Source: an uncultured Alphaproteobacteria bacterium
GTDB taxonomy: Bacteria > Pseudomonadota > Alphaproteobacteria > Rs-D84
Assembly: GCA_934230415.1 (NCBI GenBank)
Contig: CAKQEW010000001.1
Span: 12,258 to 76,257, forward strand
Length of the DNA: 64,000 nt
Direction of reading: 5' to 3'
A program made the position numbers and the translations under genes. Under the pieces are notes generated by a model. It did not search any database. It was not told where the DNA came from and saw only the letters and a program-made list of their open reading frames with translations. This document shows, piece by piece, positions 47,087 through 57,069 of the stretch (positions within the stretch are counted from its first letter, which is position 1; every line of letters starts with the position of its first letter).

Positions 47087-47335
47087 TCAGTTGCCTTGTG
47101 CCCCCGAAAAGAATTTTGTCAGACCAGTGATATTTTCGTTCATCGCCGATAATATTTTGGCAATGCTGCCTGTGGACGGCCAACGTGGCTGGCCATATTT
47201 TGACCAACGCTTGCTCTTGTTAAAAATGGTCGGGTCCAGACCACTGCGACGCGCCAATCCAGAACAAGACAAATGATGTTCACTGGCAAAGCAATCAATT
47301 GCATACCAAATATCATTATGTGTCATTTTTATCAC
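47087..47335 (-). CDS. small HTH (Cro/C1-type) transcriptional regulator-like protein
   Basis: 82 aa. ...HLSCSGLARRSGLDPTIFNKSKR resembles a phage-repressor-type HTH. Confidence 0.35.
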   Translation of the reverse strand: MIKMTHNDIWYAIDCFASEHHLSCSGLARRSGLDPTIFNKSKRWSKYGQPRWPSTGSIAKILSAMNENITGLTKFFSGAQGN

Positions 47336-47624
47336 CTTTTGTTTTCTTGGTTTGTATTCACACTATAAACCAATGATGGAAAAATTCGGCTATACTGAAT
47401 TTATATCTGGCCGGTTATAAATCGGGGCCGGCGGGCAAAAATCCCAGGAATCCGGGCGTTTTATGGGTATTTTTGCAAAAAAGCAGAGATTTATTTCTTA
47501 CGCTTTTTAAAAAAAATCTCTCTTTTTAACTGTTTTTTGAGATTAGATTCAAGTATAATTAGAACATAGACACATTGTCGCTTGTTTTATTTTTTTCTAT
47601 ATCTGTTCCTAAAGGAGTTGCATT

Positions 47625-48527
47625 TTGTCCACAATAAAAACTAAATTAACATTGTTAAAAGAATTACTGGCACTGAAAGAAGTTATTGATGCAGGACAGA
47701 TTCAAATTGCGGCAAATAATAACGGAATAAAGCATTCTAATTTATCAAAAATGATTTCTGATTTGGAATCACGTATGAACGCAACATTGTTACAACGCAC
47801 CCCCACCGGGTGTTTGGCGACAAATGCAACACCAGAAATATATTCACACATTGAAACAATATCCAAGGCATTGGATGCGATACTGGACGTTACCAGTCCA
47901 CACGAAGAATTGACCGGATACATATCTATTATGGTTGCCGAAGGATTGGTTGGCAGTTACCTGTTACGCGACCTGTCAAAATTCTATGCCATCCACCCGA
48001 AAATCCGCCTGGATTTATTAACGAATCGTCAACAGAATTTATCCAACGTTGAACTGGCAATCGTGGATGCGCGTTCTAATAATACAATTCTGGGTAAAAT
48101 ATTGTACAGAATGCTTGTCAAGGCGCACTTCTTTGCGTCCCAACAATACCTGGATGCGCATGGCATGCCTCGCGATTTGGATGATATGCTGGAAAATTTT
48201 GACATATGCATGTACCAGCCATATCTAAATACACCAGAATTTGCATTCCTGGCAAAACGGGCACGCAAACTGAACACCACCACCGATTCGGTTGGTATGA
48301 TATTCCGCCTGATACATGATGGCGATGGGTTGGGCCTGTTGCCCGGATGGTCTGTGCCACGTGAACCATTGTTGGTGCGCGTACCAAACATAGACGTGGA
48401 ATACGAACATGTTATTGTGGTCGTATGTAATCCAAAGCTGGCCGATACACCAAAAATTGTGGCGTTTAAAAAATTCTTTGAACATTTCTGTACCCAGCAT
48501 AATATAAACATAGAACGATTGGATTAG
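47625..48527 (+). CDS. LysR-family transcriptional regulator
   Basis: N-terminal wHTH (LKEVIDAGQIQIAANNNGIKHSNLSKMISDLES) plus C-terminal substrate-binding-like domain. Confidence 0.8.
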   Translation: MSTIKTKLTLLKELLALKEVIDAGQIQIAANNNGIKHSNLSKMISDLESRMNATLLQRTPTGCLATNATPEIYSHIETISKALDAILDVTSPHEELTGYISIMVAEGLVGSYLLRDLSKFYAIHPKIRLDLLTNRQQNLSNVELAIVDARSNNTILGKILYRMLVKAHFFASQQYLDAHGMPRDLDDMLENFDICMYQPYLNTPEFAFLAKRARKLNTTTDSVGMIFRLIHDGDGLGLLPGWSVPREPLLVRVPNIDVEYEHVIVVVCNPKLADTPKIVAFKKFFEHFCTQHNINIERLD

Positions 48528-48538
48528 CGCAGGTTCAC

Positions 48539-49021
48539 ATGTATACAGCACAATATAATTCACCGATTGGCGTATTAACATTGGCGGCAACGCGTGATGC
48601 ATTATGCGGCCTGTGGATTTGTGGCCAGAAATATCATGGCACAACCGATGGTGCGGCGCGTGATACGGACAACATCGCATTGCGTCGTGCCATGCATTGG
48701 CTGGATGAATACTTTGCGGGCCGCGCCCCAGAAATCAATTTTAATATTAATCCCACAGGGACCGTATTTCAGCGGCGTGTATGGCATGAATTAAGCCTGA
48801 TTCCACACGGGCAAACCGTAACATATGGCGATATCGCACACCGCATCGGTTGCAAATCCGCGCGCGCGGTTGGTATGGCAATTGGCCACAACCCGATTTC
48901 AATTATAATCCCATGCCATCGCGTAATTGGCGCAAACGGCAAACTGACCGGATATGCCGGCGGAATAAAAACAAAAGAAAAATTATTAAAACTGGAACGC
49001 GGTGCTATGCGCGCCAAATAA
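48539..49021 (+). CDS. ogt: methylated-DNA--protein-cysteine methyltransferase
   Basis: Active-site IPCHRVIG motif. Confidence 0.85.
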   Translation: MYTAQYNSPIGVLTLAATRDALCGLWICGQKYHGTTDGAARDTDNIALRRAMHWLDEYFAGRAPEINFNINPTGTVFQRRVWHELSLIPHGQTVTYGDIAHRIGCKSARAVGMAIGHNPISIIIPCHRVIGANGKLTGYAGGIKTKEKLLKLERGAMRAK

Positions 49022-49706
49022 CCGACGCAAACATTGCATTTATGGCATTGCGCAGATTGTCATCATTAAAAAACTGGTCACGCTGGGCGGGCGTTGTACC
49101 ATGTTCATTATCCTCAAAATGTGGAATGTATTTCTGGATGGCAATTTTTGCCACACCACGGGCATTTAAATCGCGCGTTATTTCCATTAAATCCAGTTTT
49201 GTTACAAATCGCGGGTCGCATGTAATACGAACCTCATAATCCTTGCCGGTGGCCTGCCATATATCCAGACTGTGTATCATGCGGTCATGTGCGATATTTT
49301 GCCCCGCCAGCGCACCATATTTATCACGCGTTGTTTTATAATCCAATCCAATCCAATCAACCGTATCCGCCGCACGCTGTAAATTTTCGGGATAAAATCC
49401 GTTTGTATGCAGTCCGATTTTGAACCCCAGTTCACGTACGCGCCGCATATAATCAATTGCGGCATCACCCTGCATTAACGCCTCGCCCCCGGAAAAGACG
49501 ACCGCCTCTAACTTTCCAACGCGGTCGCGCAACCAATCCAGAACTTTGCCCGGGTCATATTCACCATCGCCAACATTCAACAAATGGGGATTGGAACAAT
49601 ACACGCACCGCAACGGACACCCGCGCAGGAACAGCACCGCCGCCAATTTCCCTGGATAATCAATTGTTGTGAACGGGACCAATCCCCCAATTTGAACGTC
49701 TGGCAT
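49005..49706 (-). CDS. nrdG: anaerobic ribonucleoside-triphosphate reductase activating protein (radical SAM)
   Basis: CxxxCxxC (CPLRCVYCSNP) radical-SAM cluster motif. Adjacent to nrdD. Confidence 0.85.
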   Translation of the reverse strand: MPDVQIGGLVPFTTIDYPGKLAAVLFLRGCPLRCVYCSNPHLLNVGDGEYDPGKVLDWLRDRVGKLEAVVFSGGEALMQGDAAIDYMRRVRELGFKIGLHTNGFYPENLQRAADTVDWIGLDYKTTRDKYGALAGQNIAHDRMIHSLDIWQATGKDYEVRITCDPRFVTKLDLMEITRDLNARGVAKIAIQKYIPHFEDNEHGTTPAQRDQFFNDDNLRNAINAMFASVIWRA

Positions 49707-49710
49707 TTTA

Positions 49711-49890
49711 TTATGCAGCCTTTTTCAACAATTCGCTGTGACGCAACCCAGTGGTCAGGCTGTTCGCCTCTGTGAATGTTTTTCTTTCACAGAATTCAGA
49801 ATACTTGCCAATGTTAAAACCAGACACTGGTCTGATAAATCCCATAGAACGCGAGAATACTTCACATGGTGTTCTTGTTGCTGCCTGCAT
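49711..49890 (-). CDS. small ORF (59 aa) resembling the detached glycyl-radical C-terminal segment of NrdD
   Basis: Manually translated as MQAATRTPCEVFSRSMGFIRPVSGFNIGKYSEFCERKTFTEANSLTTGLRHSELLKKAA. Strong GGGAGGA RBS. RSMGF...NIGK resembles the NrdD C-terminal RVCGY...NRGK glycine-radical region. Below the 60-aa ORF-track cutoff. Confidence 0.45.
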   Translation of the reverse strand: MQAATRTPCEVFSRSMGFIRPVSGFNIGKYSEFCERKTFTEANSLTTGLRHSELLKKAA

Positions 49891-49935
49891 AATTATTTCC
49901 TCCCTTTCGTTTATTTTTTGTAATGCATGGTTATT

Positions 49936-51975
49936 TTATTGTTCGTCTGTGCCATTTTGATTTGCGGCAATTTCCGCATCACATTTCGGACAGAATTCGT
50001 GACGTCCCGGCAAATATCCGTGTTTCGGACATATTGAAAACGTCGGGGTCAGCGTCATATACGGAATCTTGTAGTTTTCAAAGATTGTACGTACAATTTT
50101 CTGGGCGGCCTCGCCACTGGACACAGGTTCCCCCATGTACAGGTGCAACATTGTGCCACCGGTATATTTACGCTGCAGTTCTTCTTGGTGTTCCAGGGCG
50201 ACAAACGGATCGTCCGTGAAATTCACCGGCAATTGGGTTGAATTTGTATAATATGGCGCATCGTGCGTTCCTGCCGTGATGATGTCTGGGAAATTCTTGA
50301 CATCGGTCTTGGCAAAACGGTACGAGCAACCCTCGGCTGGTGTCGCCTCCAGATTATACAGGTTGCCGGTCTGTTCCTGGAAATTAGCCAGATTTTCACG
50401 AATAAAGTCCATCACATCCAGAACCAACTTCTTGCCCATTGGGGTCGCGATATTTTCACGGTCCCCTGTAAAATTACGTACCATTTCATTTGCGCCATTC
50501 ACACCAATGGTTGAAAAATGGTGGTTCCAATTCCCCAGGTAACGACGCGTAAATGGGTACAGGCCACGTTCCATGTTCTTGGAAATAATCTTACGCTTAA
50601 TTTCCAGCGAATCGCGTCCCAAATCCAGCAACCGTTTCAGTTCACGGAACAAACCATCGCGGTCACCCTTGTGCATATACCCCAAACGCGCCAGGTTAAT
50701 CGTAACCACGCCGATTGACCCTGTTTTTTCCGCGCTGCCGAACAGACCACCACCACGCTTTAACAATTCACGTACATCCAGACGCAGACGGCAACACATA
50801 GAACGCACATCCGTCGGATTCAGGTCAGAGTTTAAGAAATTCTGGAAATTCGGAATACCATACTTTGCCGCCAAATCAAACAATGGCTTTACATTCGGGT
50901 GTTCCCATGGGAAATCATCCGTGATGTTGTATGTCGGGATTGGGAATGTAAATGGACGTCCCTGGGCATCGCCTTCGGTCATAACCTCCAAAAACGCCTT
51001 GTTAATTGTGTCCATTTCTGCCTGCAGGTCACCATACGTAAAATCAACCTGCTTTTTACCAATAAATGGATGCTGGTCACGCAAATCCTTTGGACATGTC
51101 CAGTCAAATGTAAAATTGATAAACGGCGTCTGGGTTCCCCAACGGCATGGCACCGCACAGTTAAATATCAATGTCTGCATTGCGTTTTTAACATCCGCAT
51201 ACGACAGGTTATCAATTCTGACATATGGTGCCAAATACGTATCCACAGACGAGAACGCCTGGGCCCCCGCAAATTCATTCTGTAACGTACCCAAGAAATT
51301 CACCATGTGCGAAATCGCGGTCGCCATATGTTTGGCCGGTTCGCACTGCAGATATCCTGGGACACCATTGAATCCTTCGTACAGCAATTCGCGCAATGAC
51401 CATCCGGCACAATAGCCCGTCAGCCACCCCAGATCATGAATATGAATTGCGGCGTTCTTGTGTGCCTCTGCGATTTCACGCGGATACAGATTCAACCAAT
51501 ATTCCGCGGTCACACGTTCACTGGTGCGCAAAATCAGGCCACCAATTGAATATCCGATGTTTGCATTTTCCTTGATACGCCAATTTGACCCACCGACATA
51601 GCCTTCTATGACCTCTACTGCATCAACGTACGAATCGCGAATTTCACTGCGTTTCTGGCGATAAATAATATATGATTCGGCGGTCTTGTATGCATGGGCA
51701 TCCATCAGCATTTGAATAACAACATCTTGGATTTGTTCAACCGATGGAACCTTGTCCGCATATTCCGCATCCAGTTTATTCAGCACATTTTGTGTAACAA
51801 CTGCAATCTGGGAATCCTGGATTTCATGTGTAACTGCAACCGCCTTGGCAATCGCATCATAAATCTTTTTCGCATCAAACGGAACTGTTTCACCGCCGCG
51901 TTTTTGAACCGCCACCAGTTTTGTGGTCAGTGTTGGGATAACCTGTATTTTCGTTTCGTTCAATGTTTCAGACAT
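49936..51975 (-). CDS. nrdD: anaerobic ribonucleoside-triphosphate reductase (class III) large protein, ending after the zinc-ribbon
   Basis: ATP-cone N-terminus. Class III core with SMCCRL. Ends ...CPKHGYLPGRHEFCPKCDAEIAANQNGTDEQ with no RxxGY glycine-radical motif. Confidence 0.85.
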   Translation of the reverse strand: MSETLNETKIQVIPTLTTKLVAVQKRGGETVPFDAKKIYDAIAKAVAVTHEIQDSQIAVVTQNVLNKLDAEYADKVPSVEQIQDVVIQMLMDAHAYKTAESYIIYRQKRSEIRDSYVDAVEVIEGYVGGSNWRIKENANIGYSIGGLILRTSERVTAEYWLNLYPREIAEAHKNAAIHIHDLGWLTGYCAGWSLRELLYEGFNGVPGYLQCEPAKHMATAISHMVNFLGTLQNEFAGAQAFSSVDTYLAPYVRIDNLSYADVKNAMQTLIFNCAVPCRWGTQTPFINFTFDWTCPKDLRDQHPFIGKKQVDFTYGDLQAEMDTINKAFLEVMTEGDAQGRPFTFPIPTYNITDDFPWEHPNVKPLFDLAAKYGIPNFQNFLNSDLNPTDVRSMCCRLRLDVRELLKRGGGLFGSAEKTGSIGVVTINLARLGYMHKGDRDGLFRELKRLLDLGRDSLEIKRKIISKNMERGLYPFTRRYLGNWNHHFSTIGVNGANEMVRNFTGDRENIATPMGKKLVLDVMDFIRENLANFQEQTGNLYNLEATPAEGCSYRFAKTDVKNFPDIITAGTHDAPYYTNSTQLPVNFTDDPFVALEHQEELQRKYTGGTMLHLYMGEPVSSGEAAQKIVRTIFENYKIPYMTLTPTFSICPKHGYLPGRHEFCPKCDAEIAANQNGTDEQ

Positions 51976-52280
51976 TCATGACCCCTATTCTTTATAAAAT
52001 ACAACATATAGTGGTTATTTTTCTTGTTTAGTACCAATATATAGTTTTATAGGTTTTCCATCAACATTGAAAAGCATATTTTTTTTTATTTTTTACTTTA
52101 CTTTTTTTTATGGCGGTTTTCTGGGGGATTGCGGGCGATATGAATCGGTCTATCCGCATACTAAATATTTTTTTGTGCAAAGATTTTTTTCATATTTGTA
52201 TAAAAACGATTCGTTTTTAGGCAAAAAAACACAAAATATTGACACGAATCACGACAAAACATCTATATGTTGACAAAAAA

Positions 52281-52300
52281 ACACCCCGTACAGGGTGTTT
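52281..52300. terminator. Terminator after dnaA (acaccccgtacagggtgt flanked by A/T runs)
   Basis: Hairpin 20 bp after the dnaA stop. Confidence 0.5.
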
Positions 52301-52320
52301 TTATCTGTTCAGAATATTTA

Positions 52321-53595
52321 TTATTTGCATTCTGCAATCAATTGATTGATTTGCGCCGCCAGAACCAAATCAGACTGTTTCAATTTTTCAATTTGGGCAA
52401 TCGCATACACAACCGTGGCATGATCACGATCACCAACATATTTACCAATTTCTGCCAATGACAAATTCGTTGCAGATTTCAAAACCGCCATCATTGTCTG
52501 GCGCGCCATAACCAGGCTGCGCGCACGACCACGACCACAAATTGCATCGTACGACACACACAATTTTTCACACATATTGCGAACCATGGCCAGTGGTGTC
52601 TTGGCACGCTGCAGTGTGTCCGCCAACAGACGTGATGCAACATCCATATCAACCGCCGTACCCATCAATTCTGAATATGTTTTGATTTTTGTTGCAATGC
52701 CCGCAACCAAATGTCCATCAGATGCTGTACGTGCCGCCAATTCACCCGCGACATCTGATGCGACGCCCGCACGCATCAACATAACACGACGCACATTTGC
52801 ATTTGGTGCCGCAACATCTGCAACCAGACCAGACGCCAACAACGACTGGGCACGACGATCAAATCCGGTCAGGTTATTTGGTGCCGCATTCGCCGTCAGC
52901 ACAATGTTTTTGCCCGCCGCACGCAAATCAACAATCAGTTGCATAAATTCTTCGCATGTTGCGCGTTTGCCGGCCAACATCTGGACATCATCCATAATAA
53001 ATGTATCACAGTTGCGGCAATAATCTTTGAATGCAAATACCGTGCGGTCATGCAATGCGCGTGTGAATTCGGAAACAAATGTTCCGCCCGTCATGACGAT
53101 TGTGCGACCAGATGCGGCACCATCAATACAATGCACCAACAATGATTTACCACAACCCGCCGGTCCATAAATAAATAACGGCGAGAAAGATGCCCCACCC
53201 GCCGCCAGTTTCTTGCATGCAGACAATACGAATGCGTTTTCATCTGATGCAACAAATTCGTTAAAGTTTGCAACAGTGTTTTCTGTGGCCACCGGTGCAA
53301 AGGATTGCACCGCATTGTCATTCGCCACAGGTGCCGCAACCGTTGTCGCGCCACGCACCGCGATACGCACCACCAAACCAAATGTCGCCGCCACAGATGA
53401 CAAAACCGCACCGTGCACACCAGAAATAAAATCAGCAGAAAACTGATTCTGGGCGGTCAGTACCAATGTGTCATTTTCAATTTCAAACTGTAATGGGGAA
53501 ATCCAGGACACGAACGCAGCAGAATCCATTTTTGCGGCAATGGCCCCCTTGATTGTTTCCAAGTCAGTCATTTTTTTTGTCGCCGCTGCCTGCAT
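52321..53595 (-). CDS. dnaA: chromosomal replication initiator DnaA (divergent)
   Basis: AAA+ core (SPLFIYGPAGCGKSLL Walker A, DDVQ Walker B). C-terminal DNA-binding signature LSLAEIGKYVGDRDHATVVYAIAQIE (DnaA domain IV). Confidence 0.75.
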   Translation of the reverse strand: MQAAATKKMTDLETIKGAIAAKMDSAAFVSWISPLQFEIENDTLVLTAQNQFSADFISGVHGAVLSSVAATFGLVVRIAVRGATTVAAPVANDNAVQSFAPVATENTVANFNEFVASDENAFVLSACKKLAAGGASFSPLFIYGPAGCGKSLLVHCIDGAASGRTIVMTGGTFVSEFTRALHDRTVFAFKDYCRNCDTFIMDDVQMLAGKRATCEEFMQLIVDLRAAGKNIVLTANAAPNNLTGFDRRAQSLLASGLVADVAAPNANVRRVMLMRAGVASDVAGELAARTASDGHLVAGIATKIKTYSELMGTAVDMDVASRLLADTLQRAKTPLAMVRNMCEKLCVSYDAICGRGRARSLVMARQTMMAVLKSATNLSLAEIGKYVGDRDHATVVYAIAQIEKLKQSDLVLAAQINQLIAECK

Positions 53596-53900
53596 GCCGT
53601 TTCTCCTTTCCTTTCAGAGTTTCCTGCCAGCGCAAGAGTATAAAAATCACCTGCACATAAACGCTAAATTTTACTGCCTTATAAAATTTAGTGTTTATGT
53701 TAGCCCTACTTTAAACTCTCTCGCTTTTGTGACTGAGATTTTTGTTCTCAATCGTTTTGGATACGTCAGTTAAGTTATAAGATAAAATTTGATTTTCAAC
53801 AAAATGTTAAACAATTTTTGAACATTTATTTTTTGACAACGATTCGTTTTTTTGCCAGTTTTCCGCCCGTTGTATATACATTGTATAGACAAGAAAATAT

Positions 53901-54926
53901 TCACATACGAATATATCCACCGTCTACTTTTTGCACCAAACCCTGTAATTCCAGCACTACCAAATCTCGCTTTATTTCCGAAATACTTTTTTGGACAATT
54001 TCTGCCAATACAGATTCGGACACTGGAATCGCCCCCAATTTATCCAACAAGGAATTTTCACCCGTTTCTTTTTTTGATTTTTTTTGCAACGATTGGGAAT
54101 TATTTTCCAGTTCTGGGAAATCATTCACCCCGGTGCACAATTCTGCGATGCCTGATTTTATTAATGAATTTGGACCTGCCCCCCGGGAATCTGCGGGATG
54201 CGATGGGATTGCATATATTTTACGACCAATTTCATTTGCGAATCGGGCGGTGCGCATACTGCCAGAATTCATATCCGCTTCGCCCAGAATTAATTTCTCG
54301 CTGATTCCTGCAACCCAGCGATTACGCTGCACAAAATTTGTTGCAACCGGCACAAAACCGACCGGCATTTCACTGATAATCACGCCACGCGCAACAATTT
54401 CCCAATACAACGATTCGTTTTCCAGTGGCCATATATAATCCACCCCACCCGCCAGAACCGCAATTGTCTGGGTATTGCCATCGGCGCGCAGTGCCCCGCG
54501 ATGCGCCGCCGTATCCGTGCCAATCGCCATTCCTGACACGACCGCGCGCCCCGCCATTGCAAACTTTGTCGCCAAATCTGCGATAAAATTCATACCTGTG
54601 GCGGTTGCGTGGCGCGTTCCCACCATTCCGATTGCCGGGCGACGTAATGTTTCCAGATTTCCACGTGCCGTAATGACGGGTGGCCGATTACGCACATCGC
54701 GCAACATCGCCGGATACAATTCATCGTCATCACATATATAATGTATATTTAATTCATCCGCACGCGCCATTTCACGCCGAACACTATCAACATGTGATTG
54801 TGACGCATTCAACATTGCGGCGGCCGCCGCAACATCACCATCGGTGCGTCGTAACAATTCACGATACCGTACGGGACCGATGCCCGGGTTGCGCAATATT
54901 AATAACTTATTAAATAATTCGTTCAT
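53901..54926 (-). CDS. dprA: DNA processing protein DprA/Smf
   Basis: Rossmann-like DprA core (GMAIGTDTAAHRGAL, VVSGMA...). C-terminal wH-like region. Confidence 0.8.
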   Translation of the reverse strand: MNELFNKLLILRNPGIGPVRYRELLRRTDGDVAAAAAMLNASQSHVDSVRREMARADELNIHYICDDDELYPAMLRDVRNRPPVITARGNLETLRRPAIGMVGTRHATATGMNFIADLATKFAMAGRAVVSGMAIGTDTAAHRGALRADGNTQTIAVLAGGVDYIWPLENESLYWEIVARGVIISEMPVGFVPVATNFVQRNRWVAGISEKLILGEADMNSGSMRTARFANEIGRKIYAIPSHPADSRGAGPNSLIKSGIAELCTGVNDFPELENNSQSLQKKSKKETGENSLLDKLGAIPVSESVLAEIVQKSISEIKRDLVVLELQGLVQKVDGGYIRM

Positions 54927-54967
54927 ATCTGCACTATAAGAAATATATCACATATATTAAAAGTAAA

Positions 54968-54990
54968 AAATGCCCCGCGCAGGGGGCATT
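54968..54990. terminator. Terminator (tgccccgcgcagggggca)
   Basis: Hairpin after the stop of the 55016-55885 gene (minus strand). Confidence 0.45.
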
Positions 54991-55015
54991 TAATTATACT
55001 TTATGCCGGAACATG

Positions 55016-55885
55016 TTATTTCATCACTTCCAACAGGCTGGCATAATCATACTCTGTGCATGCCGACGGCTTTTCCGTACCGGCCGGCCACAGACTCTCA
55101 TCATTACACAACTTTTTTATTTCTTTTAACTTGTCCTGGAATTCCGCATATGTTTTCGGATTTTGTTCTTGCAATACGGCCAGCTGACTCTTTAATAATT
55201 TTGTTTTATCATTTGCAAAGGTCTTTTGTCCCTGGACATCGCCACCAATCAGTTTATTACCAAACAATTCCATTATACCGACGCCAACGCCCGCGCCACC
55301 AACAGAACCGCCAACCGTTGCCCATGTGCGCGCGGTCTTCTTGGCATCCAGAATACGCTGTTCCAGTTTATCCGCATCGGCCCATTCACCACAGGTTATT
55401 GTCTGGCCCCATTCAAAATATTTTGTTGGGACATCCGAAACATTTATACGTGAATCATTGGATTTAACACCAACCAAAACAAAACACGTGTTGTTTTCCG
55501 GATTTTCAACATCTTCAACCATGGCGGCATAATTGTTCAGGTTGCTGTACCGTGATGCCCAAACAAACGTGTTACCAATACCAACATTATTATTTATGCA
55601 CGCGTTCTTTTCCTTTTCACGATCATCAACCGATGGTTTGTTGTTATCCGTATCATTGCCGGCATTATTACCATTATCATTTGAATTATCCGATTGCCCC
55701 AGGTCAACACGTGCGGTCGCCATTGATGATACCGCCGAAATCTGGCCGGTGGATAACGTTGCACGACGTGGCGCACTGGTCACCATCTGGGTCTGCATAG
55801 AACGACGCGCCTGGGTTGCCGGTGTGGCGGCAATCGCCGGTAACGCAATCAAACCGCACAAAAATACGGATAAAAATTTATTCAT
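55016..55885 (-). CDS. hypothetical secreted protein
   Basis: Signal peptide MNKFLSVFLCGLIALPAIA. Asn/Asp-rich low-complexity N-terminal region. Confidence 0.5.
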   Translation of the reverse strand: MNKFLSVFLCGLIALPAIAATPATQARRSMQTQMVTSAPRRATLSTGQISAVSSMATARVDLGQSDNSNDNGNNAGNDTDNNKPSVDDREKEKNACINNNVGIGNTFVWASRYSNLNNYAAMVEDVENPENNTCFVLVGVKSNDSRINVSDVPTKYFEWGQTITCGEWADADKLEQRILDAKKTARTWATVGGSVGGAGVGVGIMELFGNKLIGGDVQGQKTFANDKTKLLKSQLAVLQEQNPKTYAEFQDKLKEIKKLCNDESLWPAGTEKPSACTEYDYASLLEVMK

Positions 55886-55995
55886 TTCTGAATTCCTCTC
55901 TCTATGAACTATCGCGCATATTATACCACAAAACGGACCAAAAATAAAGGATAAATAAAAAATCAGGCCGCTGATAAATGTGCGGCCCGGTTAAT

Positions 55996-56583
55996 TTATT
56001 TTTTCCATTTCCACGTTATCTTTGATTCGGTTCCATGAATCAGACGACTAATGTTTTCACGATGCCGCCACATACACAAAATTCCCATCGCCAGAAATGC
56101 AAAACCAATCCATGTTCCCATACAAAATCCCAACACAGGCATCAGGCTGAATACGACAACCGCCCCCAGCGATGAATACCCGAACGATAATGCGACAATC
56201 AACCATTCAATGCCGCATATAACAAACGCCAACGGACTGACCGCCAGGATGACCCCAAACAACGATGAAATCCCCTTGCCCCCATGAAAGCGCAACCATA
56301 CGGGATAGCAGTGACCCACAATCGCCACAAACCCGCACCATGCACCAAACGCATCACCTGCGACCGCGCGTCCAATTAAAACCGCGGCAATCGCCTTGGC
56401 CATATCCAGCAACCATACCGCACCCGCCATACGCAGACCGCCAACGCGCATCACATTGGTTGCGCCGATGTTACCACTGCCAACCTGGCGCAGGTCACCC
56501 CGCCCCATCATACGTGTAAAGATTAAACCCATTGGGATTGAACCCAATAAATACGAAATAATAATTGTGAATACATATACCAT
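55996..56583 (-). CDS. plsY: glycerol-3-phosphate acyltransferase PlsY
   Basis: ...LLGSIPMGLIFT...GSGNIGATNVMR family motifs. 5 TM. Confidence 0.85.
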   Translation of the reverse strand: MVYVFTIIISYLLGSIPMGLIFTRMMGRGDLRQVGSGNIGATNVMRVGGLRMAGAVWLLDMAKAIAAVLIGRAVAGDAFGAWCGFVAIVGHCYPVWLRFHGGKGISSLFGVILAVSPLAFVICGIEWLIVALSFGYSSLGAVVVFSLMPVLGFCMGTWIGFAFLAMGILCMWRHRENISRLIHGTESKITWKWKK

Positions 56584-56655
56584 TTATTTTTCCTTGATTT
56601 TATGTTTGTTTTTTATAGAATATCAGGAAACTTGACTAAATAAAAGGAAAATAAA

Positions 56656-56916
56656 GTGGCAAATCATAAGTCATCTGAAAAAAGAATTTTGGTCACGGCA
56701 AAGAAAAACACCGTGAACACCGCACGCCGCAGTGCTGTTAAGACAGCGACAAAGAAGGCGTTGGTTGCAATTGAATCTGGGGACAAGGTTGCGGCGACCG
56801 CTGCTGCCCGTGCCGCAGAAAGCAAGATTATGAAATCCGCCGGCAAGGTTATGCCAAAACAGCGTGCCGCCCGCAAGATTTCACGTCTGGCGAAAAAAGT
56901 TTCCAAAATGGCATAA
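56656..56916 (+). CDS. rpsT: 30S ribosomal protein S20
   Basis: MANHKSSEKRILVTAKKNTVNTARRS... Basic 86-aa protein. Confidence 0.9.
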   Translation: MANHKSSEKRILVTAKKNTVNTARRSAVKTATKKALVAIESGDKVAATAAARAAESKIMKSAGKVMPKQRAARKISRLAKKVSKMA

Positions 56917-57042
56917 TCCCGTTTGGTGATATCTATTGGCGCACATTTTTGTGCGCCTTTTGCTGTATAAAAAACACCCAATGGGCGTTTTTTTTTAATG
57001 GGTATTAGCGGGAACAGATTACCCAATTTATAGCCTAAAAAT

Positions 57043-57064
57043 AAAACCGGCAAATGCCGGTTTT
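57043..57064. terminator. Terminator (aaccggcaaatgccggtt)
   Basis: Hairpin between rpsT and the secretin gene. Confidence 0.5.
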
Positions 57065-57069
57065 GTTTT

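Noticed and set aside
49738-49923. 61-aa plus-strand ORF between nrdG and nrdD
   Set aside because: No RBS. It lies antisense to the better-supported minus-strand 59-aa ORF, which has a strong RBS and NrdD-like motif.
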